A stretch of 64,000 nucleotides of DNA, from NCBI GenBank assembly GCA_002269645.1, contig NIVC01000291.1:1-64000 (forward strand). Direction: 5' to 3'. The position numbers and the translations under genes were made by a program. This stretch comes from Macrostomum lignano (lineage: Eukaryota). The notes below the pieces were generated by a model. It was not told where the DNA came from, searched no databases, and saw only the letters and a program-made list of their open reading frames with translations. Of this stretch, positions 37,931-50,400 are shown one piece after another. The stretch's first letter is position 1, and each line of letters begins with the position of its first letter.

Positions 37931-38627
37931 CTAGATAATTAGAGCTGGCTGCCAGCATCCAGAATAATTTTTATTGCCCCCACCCTTTAAGTGGGTCCAG
38001 TGAGTTTTCTTATCAGTTGGCTCTGGCGCAATCAATTAAAATTGACTGAGAAGTTTCTCGCTGATAAAATTTGCATTGAAAAAGGCTATTTAAAACAGTT
38101 TTTCGAATATTTAATCCCTTTAGCATTGAAGCAGATACAAGAAATTTTAACCATACAATCCCAGGCTGATTACGAATCTTTTGGCGAAAACGCGATGAAA
38201 ATCGGTGAAGAATTGCAGTCTCTAGAGCGTTATGGACAAACATACAAACAAACCTTAGAGATTTAGTATATTTAGACTAGCTAATTAGAGCTGGCTGCCA
38301 GCAGCCAGAATAATTTTTTTATTGCCCCCCTTTAAGTGGAGCGGAGTGAGTTTTCTTATCAGTTGGCTCTGGCGCAATCAATTTAAAATTGGCAGTGAAG
38401 TTTCTGGCTGATAAAATTTGCATTGAAAAAGGCCATTTAAAACAGTTTTTCGAATATTTAATCCCTTTAGCATTGAAGCAGATACAAGAAATTTTAACCA
38501 TACAATCCCAGGCTGATTACGAATCTTTTGGCGAAAACGCGATCAAAATCGGTGAAGAATTGCAGTCTCTAGAGCGTTATGGACATTCATTCAAACATAC
38601 AAACCTTAGAGATTTAGTATATTTAGA
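37931..38627 (-). mobile_element. Two tandem family-C mini-Helitrons (37931-38276, 38277-38627)
   Basis: 5' TCTAAATATACTAAAT. The 3' end has a perfect hairpin GCTGGC-A-GCCAGC (37956-37944) then CTAG. The junction at 38276/38277 is an exact CTAG|TC join. Confidence 0.9.
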
Positions 38628-38644
38628 AGATAGAAGATAGAAGA

Positions 38645-39279
38645 TTGCAGTCTCTAGAGCGTTATGGACATTCATTCATTCAAGCATACAAACCTTAGAG
38701 ATTTAGTATATTTACTAGCAATCTACGCCCCCCGTTGGGGAGCCAAAGAAATGCAATACACGTTTTTTTTAATAAGCTACATATATATCCTTGAAATCTT
38801 AAAAAATCTCCTGTCAAACCTTGTAAGCCTTGACATGTCAATAATTCCCCCCCACAAGCTTTAACATATCAACTTCCCCCCTTGACATCTCAGCAATGCC
38901 CCCAATAAGCCTTGGAAATCTAAAAATATCTGTCAACCTTCTAACTCTAACCCTAGCCGAACCCTAACCCTAACCCTAACCCTAACCCTAACCTAACCCT
39001 AAAGCATTGAATTCGCCCATTTAAAACTGTTTTTCGAATATTTAATCCCTTTAGCATTGAAGCAGATACAAGAAATTTTAACCATACAATCCCAGGCTGA
39101 TTACGAATCTTTTGGCGAAAACGCGATCAAAATCGGTGAAGAATTGCAGTCTCTAGAGCGTTATGGACAAACATACAAACAAACCTTAGAGATTTAGTAT
39201 ATTTAGATAGACTAGAGCGTTATGGACAAACATACAAACAAACCTTAGAGATTTAGTATATTTAGATTAGAAGGAAGGA
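38645..39279 (-). mobile_element. Cluster of 3'-truncated family-C 5' fragments interleaved with an A3-like 3' end
   Basis: C 5'-end fragments at 38645-38714, 39012-39207 and 39212-39266. The A3-like 3' end (CTAG at 38715 plus hairpin) runs 38715-39010 and includes a (CCCTAA)n tract at 38946-39001. Confidence 0.75.
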
Positions 39280-42200
39280 TCTTATTTATACCCCCGTGAG
39301 CCTTGACATGTCAGCTATTCCCCCCGTAAGCCTTGACATGTCAGCAATGGCCCCCATAAACATTGAAATCTAAAAAATCCCCTGTTAACCTTGAAACCCG
39401 ATAAAATATAACCCTCAACCCACACCTGACCTAAACCTAACTTTAACCCAACCTAAAGCCTTGAAATCTCAGCAATTCTTCTCCCCTAAGCCTTGACATT
39501 TTAGTGATTCATTCTTTAAGAATCACAGCACTATAACGATTTCCACCAAGCTTTGACATCGTAGCAATTCCCAAATGAATCTTTTAACTTCGACATGACT
39601 TTTCTTTTATGTATACATAGTGCTACTTTTATTTTTTACATGACTTTTCTTCTATCAGCGCCCCCCCGTGACATGAACTTTGAAGTAGCTTCTGACTTTT
39701 GCTTTGACATCTCAGAAACCCCCCCCCCCCGTAATCTCAGTTATTCTCTGAGAGCCTTTACGTCTCAGTTTTTCTCCCCAGCACAGCACTATAGTTGCAT
39801 TTAATTTTTACATGAACCCTTCATGTCTGACATGACGTTTCTTTTATTCTACCGTGACGCTTCTTAATTTTTTAAATGACACTTTCATTAGTTTTTAAAT
39901 GAGGCTTCTATGATTTTTTCTTGACGCTTCTATGATTTTTACATGACGCTTCTATGATTATTTACATGACGCTTCTATGATTGTTTACATGACGCTTCTA
40001 TGATTTTTTACATGACGCTTCTATGATTTTTACACGACGCTTCTATGATTGTTTACATGTCGCTTCTATGATTGTTTACATGACGCTTCTATGATTTTTT
40101 ACATGACGCTTCTATGATTTTTTAAATGACGCTTCGATGTTTTTATATGACGCTTCTATGATTTTTTACATGGCGCTTCTATGATTGTTTACATGACGCT
40201 TCTATGATTGTTTACATGACGCTTCTATGATTCAATACATGACGCTTCTATGATTGTTTACATGTCGCTTCTATGATTGTTTACATGACGCTTCTATGAT
40301 TTTTTACATGACGCTTCTATGATTTTTTAAATGACGCTTCGATGTTTTTATATGACGCTTCTATGATTTTTTACATGGCGCTTCTATGATTGTTTACATG
40401 ACGCTTCTATGATTGTTTACATGACGCTTCTATGATTCAATACATGACGCTTCTATGATTGTTTACATGTCGCTTCTATGATTGTTTACATGACGCTTCT
40501 ATGATTTTTTACATGACGCTTCTATGATTTTTTAAATGACGCTTCGATGTTTTTATATGACGCTTCCATGATTTTTTACATGGCGCTTCTATGATTGTTT
40601 ACATGACGCTTCTATGATTGTTTACATGACGCTTCTATGATTCAATACATGACGCTTCTATGATTGTTTACCTGACGCTTCTATGATTGTTTACATGACG
40701 CTTCTATGATTTTTTACATGACGCTTCTATGATTGTTTACATGACGCTTCTATGATTTTTTACATGACGCTTCTATGATTTTTTAAATGACGCTTCGATG
40801 TTTTTATATGACGCTTCTATGATTTTTTACATGGCGCTTCTATGATTGTTTACATGACGCTTCTATGATTGTTTACATGACGCTTCTATGATTCAATACA
40901 TGACGCTTCTATGATTGTTTACATGTCGCTTCTATGATTGTTTACATGACGCTTCTATGATTTTTTACATGACGCTTCTATGATTTTTTAAATGACGCTT
41001 CTACGATTTTTATATGACGCTTCTATGATTTTTTAAATGACGCTTCTATGATTGTTTACATGACGCTTCTATGATTGTTTGCATGACGCTTCTATGATTT
41101 TTTAATGACGCTTCTATGATTTTTTAAATGACGCTTCTATGATTGTTTACATGACGCTTCTACGATTTTTATATGACGCTTCTATGATTTTTTAAATGAC
41201 GCTTCTATGATTGTTTACATGACGCTTCTATGATTGTTTACATGACGCTTCTATGATTGTTTACATGACGCTTCTACGATTGTTTACATGACGCTTCTAT
41301 GATTGTTTACATGACGCTTCTAAGATTTTTTACATGACGCTTCTACGATTTTTTACATGACGCTTCTATGATTTTTTAATGACGCTTCTATGATTTTTTA
41401 AATGACGCTTCTATGATTGTTTACATGACGCTTCTACGATTTTTATATGACGCTTCTATGATTTTTTAAATGACGCTTCTATGATTGTTTACATGACGCT
41501 TCTATGATTGTTTGCATGACGCTTCTATGATTTTTTAATGACGCTTCTATGATTTTTTAAATGACGCTTCTATGATTGTTTACATGACGCTTCTACGATT
41601 TTTATATGACGCTTCTATGATTTTTTAAATGACGCTTCTATGATTGTTTACATGACGCTTCTATGATTGTTTACATGACGCTTCTATGATTGTTTACATG
41701 ACGCTTCTATGATTGTTTACATGACGCTTCTATGATTGTTTACATGACGCTTCTAAGATTTTTTACATGACGCTTCTACGATTTTTTACATGACGCTTCT
41801 ACGATTTTTTACATGACGTTTCTATGATTTTTTAATGACGCTTCTATGATTTTTTAAATGACGCTTCTATGATTGTTTACATGACGCTTCTACGATTTTT
41901 ATATGACGCTTCTATGATTTTTTAAATGACGCTTCTATGATTGTTTACATGACGCTTCTATGATTGTTTACATGACGCTTCTATGATTGTTTACATGACG
42001 CTTCTATGATTGTTTACATGACGCTTCTATGATTGTTTACATGACGCTTCTACGATTTTTTACATGACGCTTCTATGATTTTTTAATGACGCTTCTATGA
42101 TTTTACATGACGCAATTCTTTTTGAAAAGTCTTTTAGTTTTCCTGACGTTGAAAAGCTTTAATTAAAAAAATTATACTCTATGAAAATTCGAACCATCGT

Positions 42201-42655
42201 CGCTGCATTTGGCAGTTCAGTTTGTTCACCTCTAGGCTAGCTCTCATCGTTTTGATAACATGAAATTTTGCACTTAAATAATTCAACACTTTAAAATCCA
42301 AGCATAGAGTAAATCACACGAAGCAGTTATGACATAATCAGTTTCTCAGTCAGTCAGTATCAGTTAACAATTATGGTTACGCAATTTAAATCAAGTCTGG
42401 TGCTACGCTTCCACACTGCATTTTCAATTCAAGTCAGAGTTACAATTCAGTTATGATGCAATCTATTTCAGAGTCAGAATTCAACCAGTCAGTTTTTTCT
42501 CTAGCATTCTTACAATGCATTTCAAGTCAAAAAGTTTGCTTGACCTTTGCAAAAAAGCATGTTTTTCGAATATTTAATGCCTTTAGCATCGAGCAATTTC
42601 TTAGCCACGATGCATGTACCGTCACGGGAAAATTTCTGATCGAACAGTGCTAGTT
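38715..42655 (-). mobile_element. Second A3-like non-autonomous Helitron (interrupted, 5'-truncated)
   Basis: Collinear with 8353-17110 apart from deletions and the family-C fragments. It contains the same minisatellite and a tRNA-like cassette (42165-42246), and stops about 90 nt before the 5' terminus. Confidence 0.8.
39890..42112. repeat. 23-bp CATGACGCTTCTATGATT minisatellite, second array (~2.2 kb)
   Basis: Same core as 9880-16600 but with different diagnostic variants (ATTCAATA, TGTCGC, TGGCGC, TTCGATG) and a 205-bp higher-order repeat. Confidence 0.97.
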
Positions 42656-42663
42656 CCCAGTGA

Positions 42664-42812
42664 GCTCCGCGAAACCCACAAACCCAAGGACACGCGCAAA
42701 GCGCGTGTCCTTGGGTTTGTGGGGTGAGCGGAGCGAACGCGCGAGGCACAAAGTGCCGAGCATGAGGAACAAACAGCCAGCCAATGCGAAGCGCATTGGG
42801 TGGTCTGGCTTG
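42664..42812. other. Cluster of three GC-rich hairpins
   Basis: Perfect 23-bp stem at 42675-42697/42701-42723 with an AAA loop, extended by GCTCCGC/GCGGAGC. Also GGCAC-AAA-GTGCC and CCAATGCG-AAG-CGCATTGG. Confidence 0.85.
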
Positions 42813-44980
42813 TGACGAATATAATAATATGAGACGTGTGCATCGAAAAAATGACAAGAAAAATCTCACAAAAACTGCTGTAACTTCAAAACTACAAGTG
42901 CGAATTTCACAAGTGAGGTGTCATTTTAAAGAGAAGAATCTGATCTATTTAACGAGTATAGTTTTGTATGGATTCACTGCGGAGAAAAGGAACAGGCTTC
43001 AGTTGAAATGTTTGTCTTAAGATTATGTCTTTACAAAAGTGCATTTCCTCATGCACATTAAAACTCGAGCTAAAAATGTTCGAGGGTTATAGGTGCGCCT
43101 TACTAAGATGCATAACATTATTGGGTTGTTTTTTTTCAATTGTATCAAAAAGTTGGCACTTTGGTTGCAAAAAATGCAAAAATTGAAAATGTACTTTTAC
43201 AGTTTTTTGCATTTTTTTCTATACTGCTAATAGTTAAGCATACATACTATGCACCAATTGATGCGCAATTCAAAGATACACAAGTGTGGAAGTTTTCAAT
43301 TCTTAAACATTTGAAATCAGAAAGTTATCGACGAAAGACTAAAAATCATGATCTCAAACTGATTTGAGGAAAAGTGCTCATTATAATTTTTGGAATATGG
43401 AAGAAACAATTCAACGCCGTCATCTAATTCCAAACTAACTGTACTTTAAGGTACTGCGATGATTTTTTTATTGAAAGAGCGAAACCTGTTTAAATATTTG
43501 AAAAAATGGAAAAAAGTACCTTTTTTCATAGAAATACACTCTTTTGACTGCTTAATCCGATTTCCAACAACAAAATAGTTGCTTTCCTGCTGGTGCAAAC
43601 CGTTATTAGGGTGAATTTTCAAAATTGCATACTGTGCCAAAAGTAAACTGAAGCTTAATATTTATAAACATTAGAAACGGGACCACTAATGGGTATTTTA
43701 CTTTGGTTACTTACTATGGACTAAACTGGCACTGGCAGAGACAGATTTGAGAGAAACTAATTGCTCCATTGTATTTGTATTTGGCTCCAGCGTTACAAAT
43801 TACAATAGCTATTTCGGGGTCTAACCGGCTAAGTTATCAAAAAAGCTAGATACCAATCACCAGTTTCATCATCAGCTATACCTACCACGATTTTATAGTC
43901 ACATGCAACAGTAATACCCTCCTTTAAAAGTTTTCAATATCTAAAATGATGTGTTAAATTTTATAAAATTTCATAAACAGTGAAATTTTAGCTGTTTACG
44001 TGCTGGTGGTTTGAACGTAGCTACTTTGTGCGAAAATACACTGTCATTAATACCGTACCTATTATTGTATTTATTGTATTGAAAGTTGATGTGTAAATTG
44101 TACTTTTCTATTTTTTTGTCATTCGTTATCGCACTCGGGCCGGCCTGCCTGCCTTGTGGGGTGTGGTGGCCTTGGCCACTTTCTCCCCCTTCTGCTAGGA
44201 TCCAAAGCAAGCTTTCAAGTGTACATTTAATATTATCGATCGATTATTTAAAACAAGCCTCTAGTGGCTGGTGTTGAGAGTGAGTGGCCTTGAGTGTACG
44301 CGAAAGCAAGAGGAAGCCCATGGGCGGACTATATGAACCTTCCTTTAGTGGAAAGTTGGGCCTTGTGCATTGGATAGTGTACGCTACACAAGACAGAAGG
44401 TAAAGAAAAAGAGAACGACAGGCTAGCCAATAGCGATAGCATGTGCTTCTTTCTCTCCAGTCCACTATGGTAGGGGGGGAGGGGGGTGTCAGACGGCCCA
44501 ACTCTAACCCCCATACCCAAAACAGCGTACATGTAGAATAAGAAGGGATTGGGTCCAGATAAGTCTTCCCAAATGTACATGTATGTACAAAGACAAACAC
44601 AGACAAGAAAAATGGCTCTAAAAACCATTGTTATTGTTACACTGTGTGTCTATTTTTATTAACTTGACTTTGACTTGTCTTTACTCTAGCATGGTCAAGG
44701 ATAATTACTGTTACTTCATACCTAATTTACAATTAATTGCATAAGATTAAGAAGGAATAATACAATCGAGGTCGAACCCATGATCACTTGACCCACCCAC
44801 CCATGATCACTTCTGATTCTGACCTACATGTATCTACTATATCCTGCCAGTTTCTCCAGTTTTATGGGTCTTGGTGTCGGTGATTCGAGCAATTCCATTA
44901 CATTTTATCGGTGCAGTGCGTCTATTAATGCTTAGCTACTTGTATATGTGTTGCAGAACTTATGCTCGTAGTTTCCCTTC

Positions 44981-45763
44981 TAGGGATGTTGACCCCGGGA
45001 GTGCTCCCCGGGGAGCTTGTCGGGGAATACTCTCCGGGGAATTTAACCGGGGACCCTGGGGAGAAAAAATATGAAAAAATGCATTTGTAACTTAATTTTT
45101 GCCATTAAAATAAGAAACTGATTCACAGAAAGCTGATTGAAACTCTGTCTATGCTCTTTTACCGCATAATTGCTTATTTCAATGCATTACATGTATAATT
45201 TGAAACACAACACACGTTTGATTGTTTTTTCACTAATAAGTCATTCAATCAAGCAAATTGCACGTAGAAAAGAAACCCGTCAGGAAAAAGAAGCCTTACT
45301 GACTAGTGACTGCTGTGCTGGTCTGCGTTGACGGCTTGACGCAGGCGCAGCGCTGCGTCATGCGTCAGGCACTGACGCATAGGGGGGTGTCATACATATA
45401 CTCCCTATTAGACAAGGACAAAATGGTGATTTACATATATATGCAAGAAATAAAATTCCGATTATAAAAACAGTCTCATTCATTAATTATCCTCTCACGA
45501 GCGTAGCTGTTTAGCATGCATTCCAACAAATGCACTTTTCCGATAAAGGTGCGCGCACGATTTCGTGATGCCACATTGTCAAATACAGTTTAAAAAAACA
45601 TTGTTTAAAATTTTTACCCCTGCGCCTTGAACATGTAGTACAAAGCTTAAATCAAAGTTTAAAAAATTCCACTTACAATTTAAGTGATCCGCCGTTTTTA
45701 CTTATTTTTTCTTTTCACCGGGGTCCCCGATAAGATAATTCCCTGGGGAATCGACATCCCTAA
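44981..45763. mobile_element. hAT-like non-autonomous element (MITE)
   Basis: TIRs TAGGGATGTTGA.../...TCGACATCCCTA. An 8-bp direct repeat TTCCCTTC lies at 44973-44980 and 45764-45771 (one extra A on the right). There are imperfect subterminal inverted repeats and central TGACGCA palindromes. Confidence 0.7.
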
Positions 45764-45920
45764 TTCCCTTCCTATAAATCATTTGACGTTAGAGACATTT
45801 TACAACTCTCGCCCTACTTTATCTATTAGGCTAACTTTATGTATGACACGACGCAAAATATTAGGAGCATCAGCGTTAATAATGCCTTGAAAGTCTTTAA
45901 ATAATCGATACAACACTTGA

Positions 45921-46178
45921 CTAGGTATTATAAAATTCCAACCCCAAAGCTCACTGGGGCGAAAAGACTTTGTCTTCATTAACTAGTTCGAACAAAATCG
46001 GTCCAGCCATTTTTTCTCTAATCTATCACATATATATATATATATAGACATCACATTTTTAGTATATAGGATTTTGGCGAAAACGCGATCAAAATCGGTG
46101 AAGAATTGCAATCTCTAGAGCGTTATGGACATTCATTCATTCAAGCATACAAACCTTAGAGATTTAGTATATTTAGAT
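45921..46178 (-). mobile_element. Possible 151-bp A-type mini-Helitron (45921-46071) abutted by a family-C 5' fragment (46072-46178)
   Basis: 5' TCCTATATACTAAAAATG at 46071. CTAG|T at 45921 with a CCCCA/TGGGG stem nearby. The C fragment ends at the TCTAAATATAC 5' terminus. Confidence 0.55.
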
Positions 46179-46359
46179 TTATGTCATTAATTTTTTAAGA
46201 CATCTGGCATAAACTATTGAGTTTTATTCTAGCAACTTATCAATTTTCAGATAAACTTCAAATAAATTTAAGTTTAGTAAGATTTAGATATATAGATTTG
46301 TAGTCAAGTCAAAGTATTTATCCTACAGATACCAATGCAAATGCAATTAGAGATATATA

Positions 46360-47196
46360 AAGGGTGTCCCAAAAGTTCCTAGAATGTTTGTTTACTTTAG
46401 TTCCTCATTACCTTGATCAATTTTTATATTTTATATGTCAAACTAAAGATAATTTTTCAACAAAAATATTGTTATTTAAACTTAGGCCTACTTTTTATCT
46501 GGTTTCAATTAAAATATATATTAGGAAATGTGAAGGAAAGTCAGTACTAGTGTTACACAATGTTGAAATGTCTATAGTAGGCCTTTTATCCTTTGTCCAT
46601 TATCAATTTTTTTTGCAAAAATTAACTTCAAATTTGTCAGCAAGATCTAAAAATGTCTATAGATGAAAATTGACCTTACTGAGTCTCAAGGCTATGGAGA
46701 GAACTCTTCAAATCTTTAGCCAATAGTAGCACAACTAGAAATTTGTTGAAAAGGGCAGATTCTATAAGGTAAAAACCCCAAAAGGGAGTGGAGAGTGTAG
46801 CTCTGTTATTTGACAAAAATTTGCTTAGTCCCCCCTTTTATTTTTTCTGATCTCTGCCTAAGGGAGGGGGCAACTGCCTTCTTTTACCCCTAGTTGCACT
46901 AATCAGCAATTTTACTGGTTTCATCCATAGATATTTCCAAATCTTGCTAACAAATTCAACATTTATTTTTGCAAAAAATATGATGGAAAATAGACACCAG
47001 ACATTCAAGGTTGTGTAACATTAGTACTAATCTTCCTTCACAATTCCAAATGTAACTCTTAACTGAAACCAAATAGAAAAAGAAATTCAAATAACAATTT
47101 TTTGTTTAAAATTATATTTAGTTTAAAACAAAACAAAAACTAGTCAAGGTACTAAGGATCTAAAGCAAACATTCTAGAAACTTTTGGGACACCCCT
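46360..47196. mobile_element. Tc1/mariner-like foldback MITE
   Basis: TIRs AGGGTGTCCCAAAAGTT(C/T)CTAGAATGTTTG at both ends, with imperfect inverted symmetry extending about 300 bp inward. A TA TSD is not clearly preserved. Confidence 0.75.
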
Positions 47197-47482
47197 GGCC
47201 CTCATTTAATTGTTTTATAAAGAAAAAAATGTTTATAAAATTATAAAATGTAAAATTGATTAACTTAGTACTTGTGCACAACTTCATAATTTGTTTGCTG
47301 CTCTTTAATAGCTTTAATTTGTCAACCATTGAAGCAGAGAGTCTACCTCCTGCCCAGAGGGCTAGAAAATTAAATTTGAGATTGGTATTGCATTCATAAG
47401 CTAAACTAGAGTCTAGACAGTTGAGTTAAGGATTATTGCTAACCAAGTTTTTTATTCTCTACTCTGACACCCCAACTCATGC

Positions 47483-50400
47483 ATGCGCCTGACGCAATTC
47501 CTTCTGAGTGGCGCTGCCAGCGGTGGCAGCAGCCTGGCGCGCCTGCGCAACTTCGGCATTGTGGCCCACATCGATGCTGGCAAGACGACCACCACAGAGA
47601 GAATCCTGAATGCAGCTGGGGCCATCCAAGCTGTTGGCAGCGTCGACCGCGGCGACACCGTTACCGACTATCTCACACAGGAGAGGCAGCGCGGCATCAC
47701 CATCGTGTCAGCGGCCGTCGCATTCAAGTGGAAGGGCCACCAACTCACCCTCATTGACACCCCCGGCCACGTGGACTTCGCGTTCGAGGTTGAGCGAGCT
47801 CTGTGCGCCCTAGGTAAGTTGAGCTCTCTGACTCAGCTAATTTTTGGTTGCCAGGAAGATAGCATTAAGTAGGTAGGGGTTCAAAACATGCAAGTTTGAT
47901 GAGGATAAGGAGCAGATGCGGGCTCAGGTGGGGTTTGCAGGGAGCAGATGCGGGCTCAGGTGGGGTTTGCAGGGAGCAGATGCGGGCTCAGGTGGGGTTT
48001 GCAGGGAGCAGATGCGTGCTCAGGTGGGGTTTGCAGATAGCAGATGCGGGCTCAGGTGGGGTTTGCAGGGAGCAGATGCGGGCTCAGGTGGGGTTTGCAG
48101 ATAGCAGATGCGGGCTCAGGTGGGGTTTGCAGGGAGCAGATCCGGGCTCAGGTGGGGTTTGCAGGGAGCAGATGCGGGCTCAGGTGAGGTTCGAAGAGTC
48201 ACAAAAAGCTTGATGACTTGCCCCCCAGATGGCGTCGCGGTAGTGCTGGACGCCACCCGAGGCGTGCAGGCGCAGACAGTGTCTGTGGTTCGCCGGGCCC
48301 GCCGCCTCGGCCTTCCCGCCCTGGTGTTCCTCAACAAGCTGGACCTGCTGCCACCCGCCCGCCAGCTGCCCGCCGTCCGCGCCTGCCTCCGCGCCGTGGC
48401 CACCCAGCTGGGACTCGCGCCCGCCCTCATCAACCGGCCGCCCGCGTCCGGGGGCCTCGACAGGCTGCTGCCGCTGCTGGTGGACAGTCAGGATGCGTGA
48501 GTGGCGTCTCTTGCACCTCCGCTACCCTCCCAGATCCTCAGCTGCTGGGCCAGCCTCCCACATCCTCAGCTGCTGGGCCAGCCTCCCAGATCCTCAGTTG
48601 CTTTGCCGCCCTCCCCCAGGGCTGCTGAGCGACCTTCATAATTTTAATCTCCCAACCGCTCGCAGCGCCACCGCTGACTCTGAACTCGCTGACGACCGTC
48701 GCCGCCTTCTGGAGGCGGTCGTCGAGACTGACGACGACTTGGCTGACAAATTTCTGTCCGACTCGCTTGGCGGCAGCATCTCCATGGCAACGGATGTGCT
48801 GCCGGCCCTGGCGCGGGCCACTCGGCGCCTCAGCTTGACGCCAACTCTGTGCGGTTCCGCCAAGCTGGGCGCCGGCATCCCGGAGCTGCTGGACGCCGTG
48901 CTGCAGTTCCTTCCACCGCCTGAGGCGCCTGCTGAGGCGCGCCAAAAGCAGCGACTTGAGGCGCTGGCCTTCAAAACTATTAAAGACCCGGGAAGGGGGC
49001 CGCTAACCTTCTTTCGGTGAGGCCTTTTTGAGTATTTGTGGCTCAGAATTAGTTAATGAGATAACAATGGAAATCATGAGGAAGGAATGGGATGAGAATG
49101 GGAATCAGGAGTAGGGGAAGGGATGAGAATGGGGATCGGAAGGGGGAGATGAGAATGGGGATCGGAAGGGGGAGATGAGAATGGGGATCGGAAGGGGATG
49201 GGAGAAGAATGGGGATAATAGAAAGGAGATGGGATGAGAATGGGGATAATAGAAAGGAGATGGGATGAGAATGTGGATCAGGAGGGGGGATGTGATAAAT
49301 ATGGGGATCAGAAGGAGGGGATGAGAAGGGGGATCAGAAGCCCGAGGGGATGGGATGAGAATGGGGATCAGAAGGGGAGGGGATGAGAATGGGGATCAGA
49401 AGTCCGAGGGGATGGGATGAAAATTCGGATCAGAAGGAGGGAATGGGATGAGGATGGAGATCAGTAGGGGGTGGGAGGAGAATGGGGATGATAAAAAGGA
49501 GAATGGGGATGCTAAAAAGGAGATTAAATGTGAATGGGGATCAGACAAGATGGAATGAGAAGGGTATGGGAATGAAAGATTAAGGGAATTAGGGATTTAA
49601 GGAATTAAAGGAGATTAGAGCAGGGAGGTCATGAGCGGAACTGTTATGTGACCTGTCACTGGCCATGAGCTCAGGCCCAGTTCCCGCCAACCCAGCATTT
49701 TCTCAGGCCGGCTGCAGCCCAAGTCCAGCCTGTTTGTCAGGAGCGGCTCCGGCGCCCAGGCGGCGGCGAATTCGCCGCACAGGTGCGCCCGCGTCTACCG
49801 GCCCTTTGCCGACGAGTTCACCGAGCTGCCGGACGGCGCCGGGCCCGGACAGATTGCGGCCGTCTCGTTCGGACAGTTGGCCGGCTCCGCGGCCGGGGCC
49901 GTCGTCACTGGGGATGTTGTGAGCGACAGGCCGGCCGGGCTAGCGGATGGTGAGGCGGTCTGGCGGAGGGCGAGGCGGTCTGGCGGAGGGTGAGGCGGTC
50001 TGGCGGAGGGTGAGGCGGTCTGGCGTAGGGTGAGGCGGTCTGGCGTAGGGTGACGCGGTCTGGCGTAGAGTGAGACGGTCTGGCGGAGAGTGAGGCGGTC
50101 TGGCGTAGGGTGAGGCGGTCTGGCGGAGAGTGAGGCGGTCTGGCGTAGGGTGACGCGGTCTGGCGGAGGGTGAGGCGGTCTGGCGTAGGGTGAGGCGTTC
50201 TTTCGGTGGGTGAGGCGGTCTGGTAGAGGGCGGAGGAGACTGGTTCGTGGAGGGTGACGCGGATTTGCAGAGGGTGAGACGGGTTCGTGGAGGGTGACGC
50301 GGATTTGCAGAGGGTGAGACGGGTTCGGAGACGGAGGGAGGGGCCCAAAGTATCCAGCTGTAATCCCTGAATCAGCAGGCTCCATAGCAACTGGTTTTCA

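Noticed and set aside
42820-44950. Possible DNA-transposon remnant (42820-43640) and GC-richer segment (44100-44620)
   Set aside because: No TIR/TSD pair, LTR pair or coding motif could be defined by eye.
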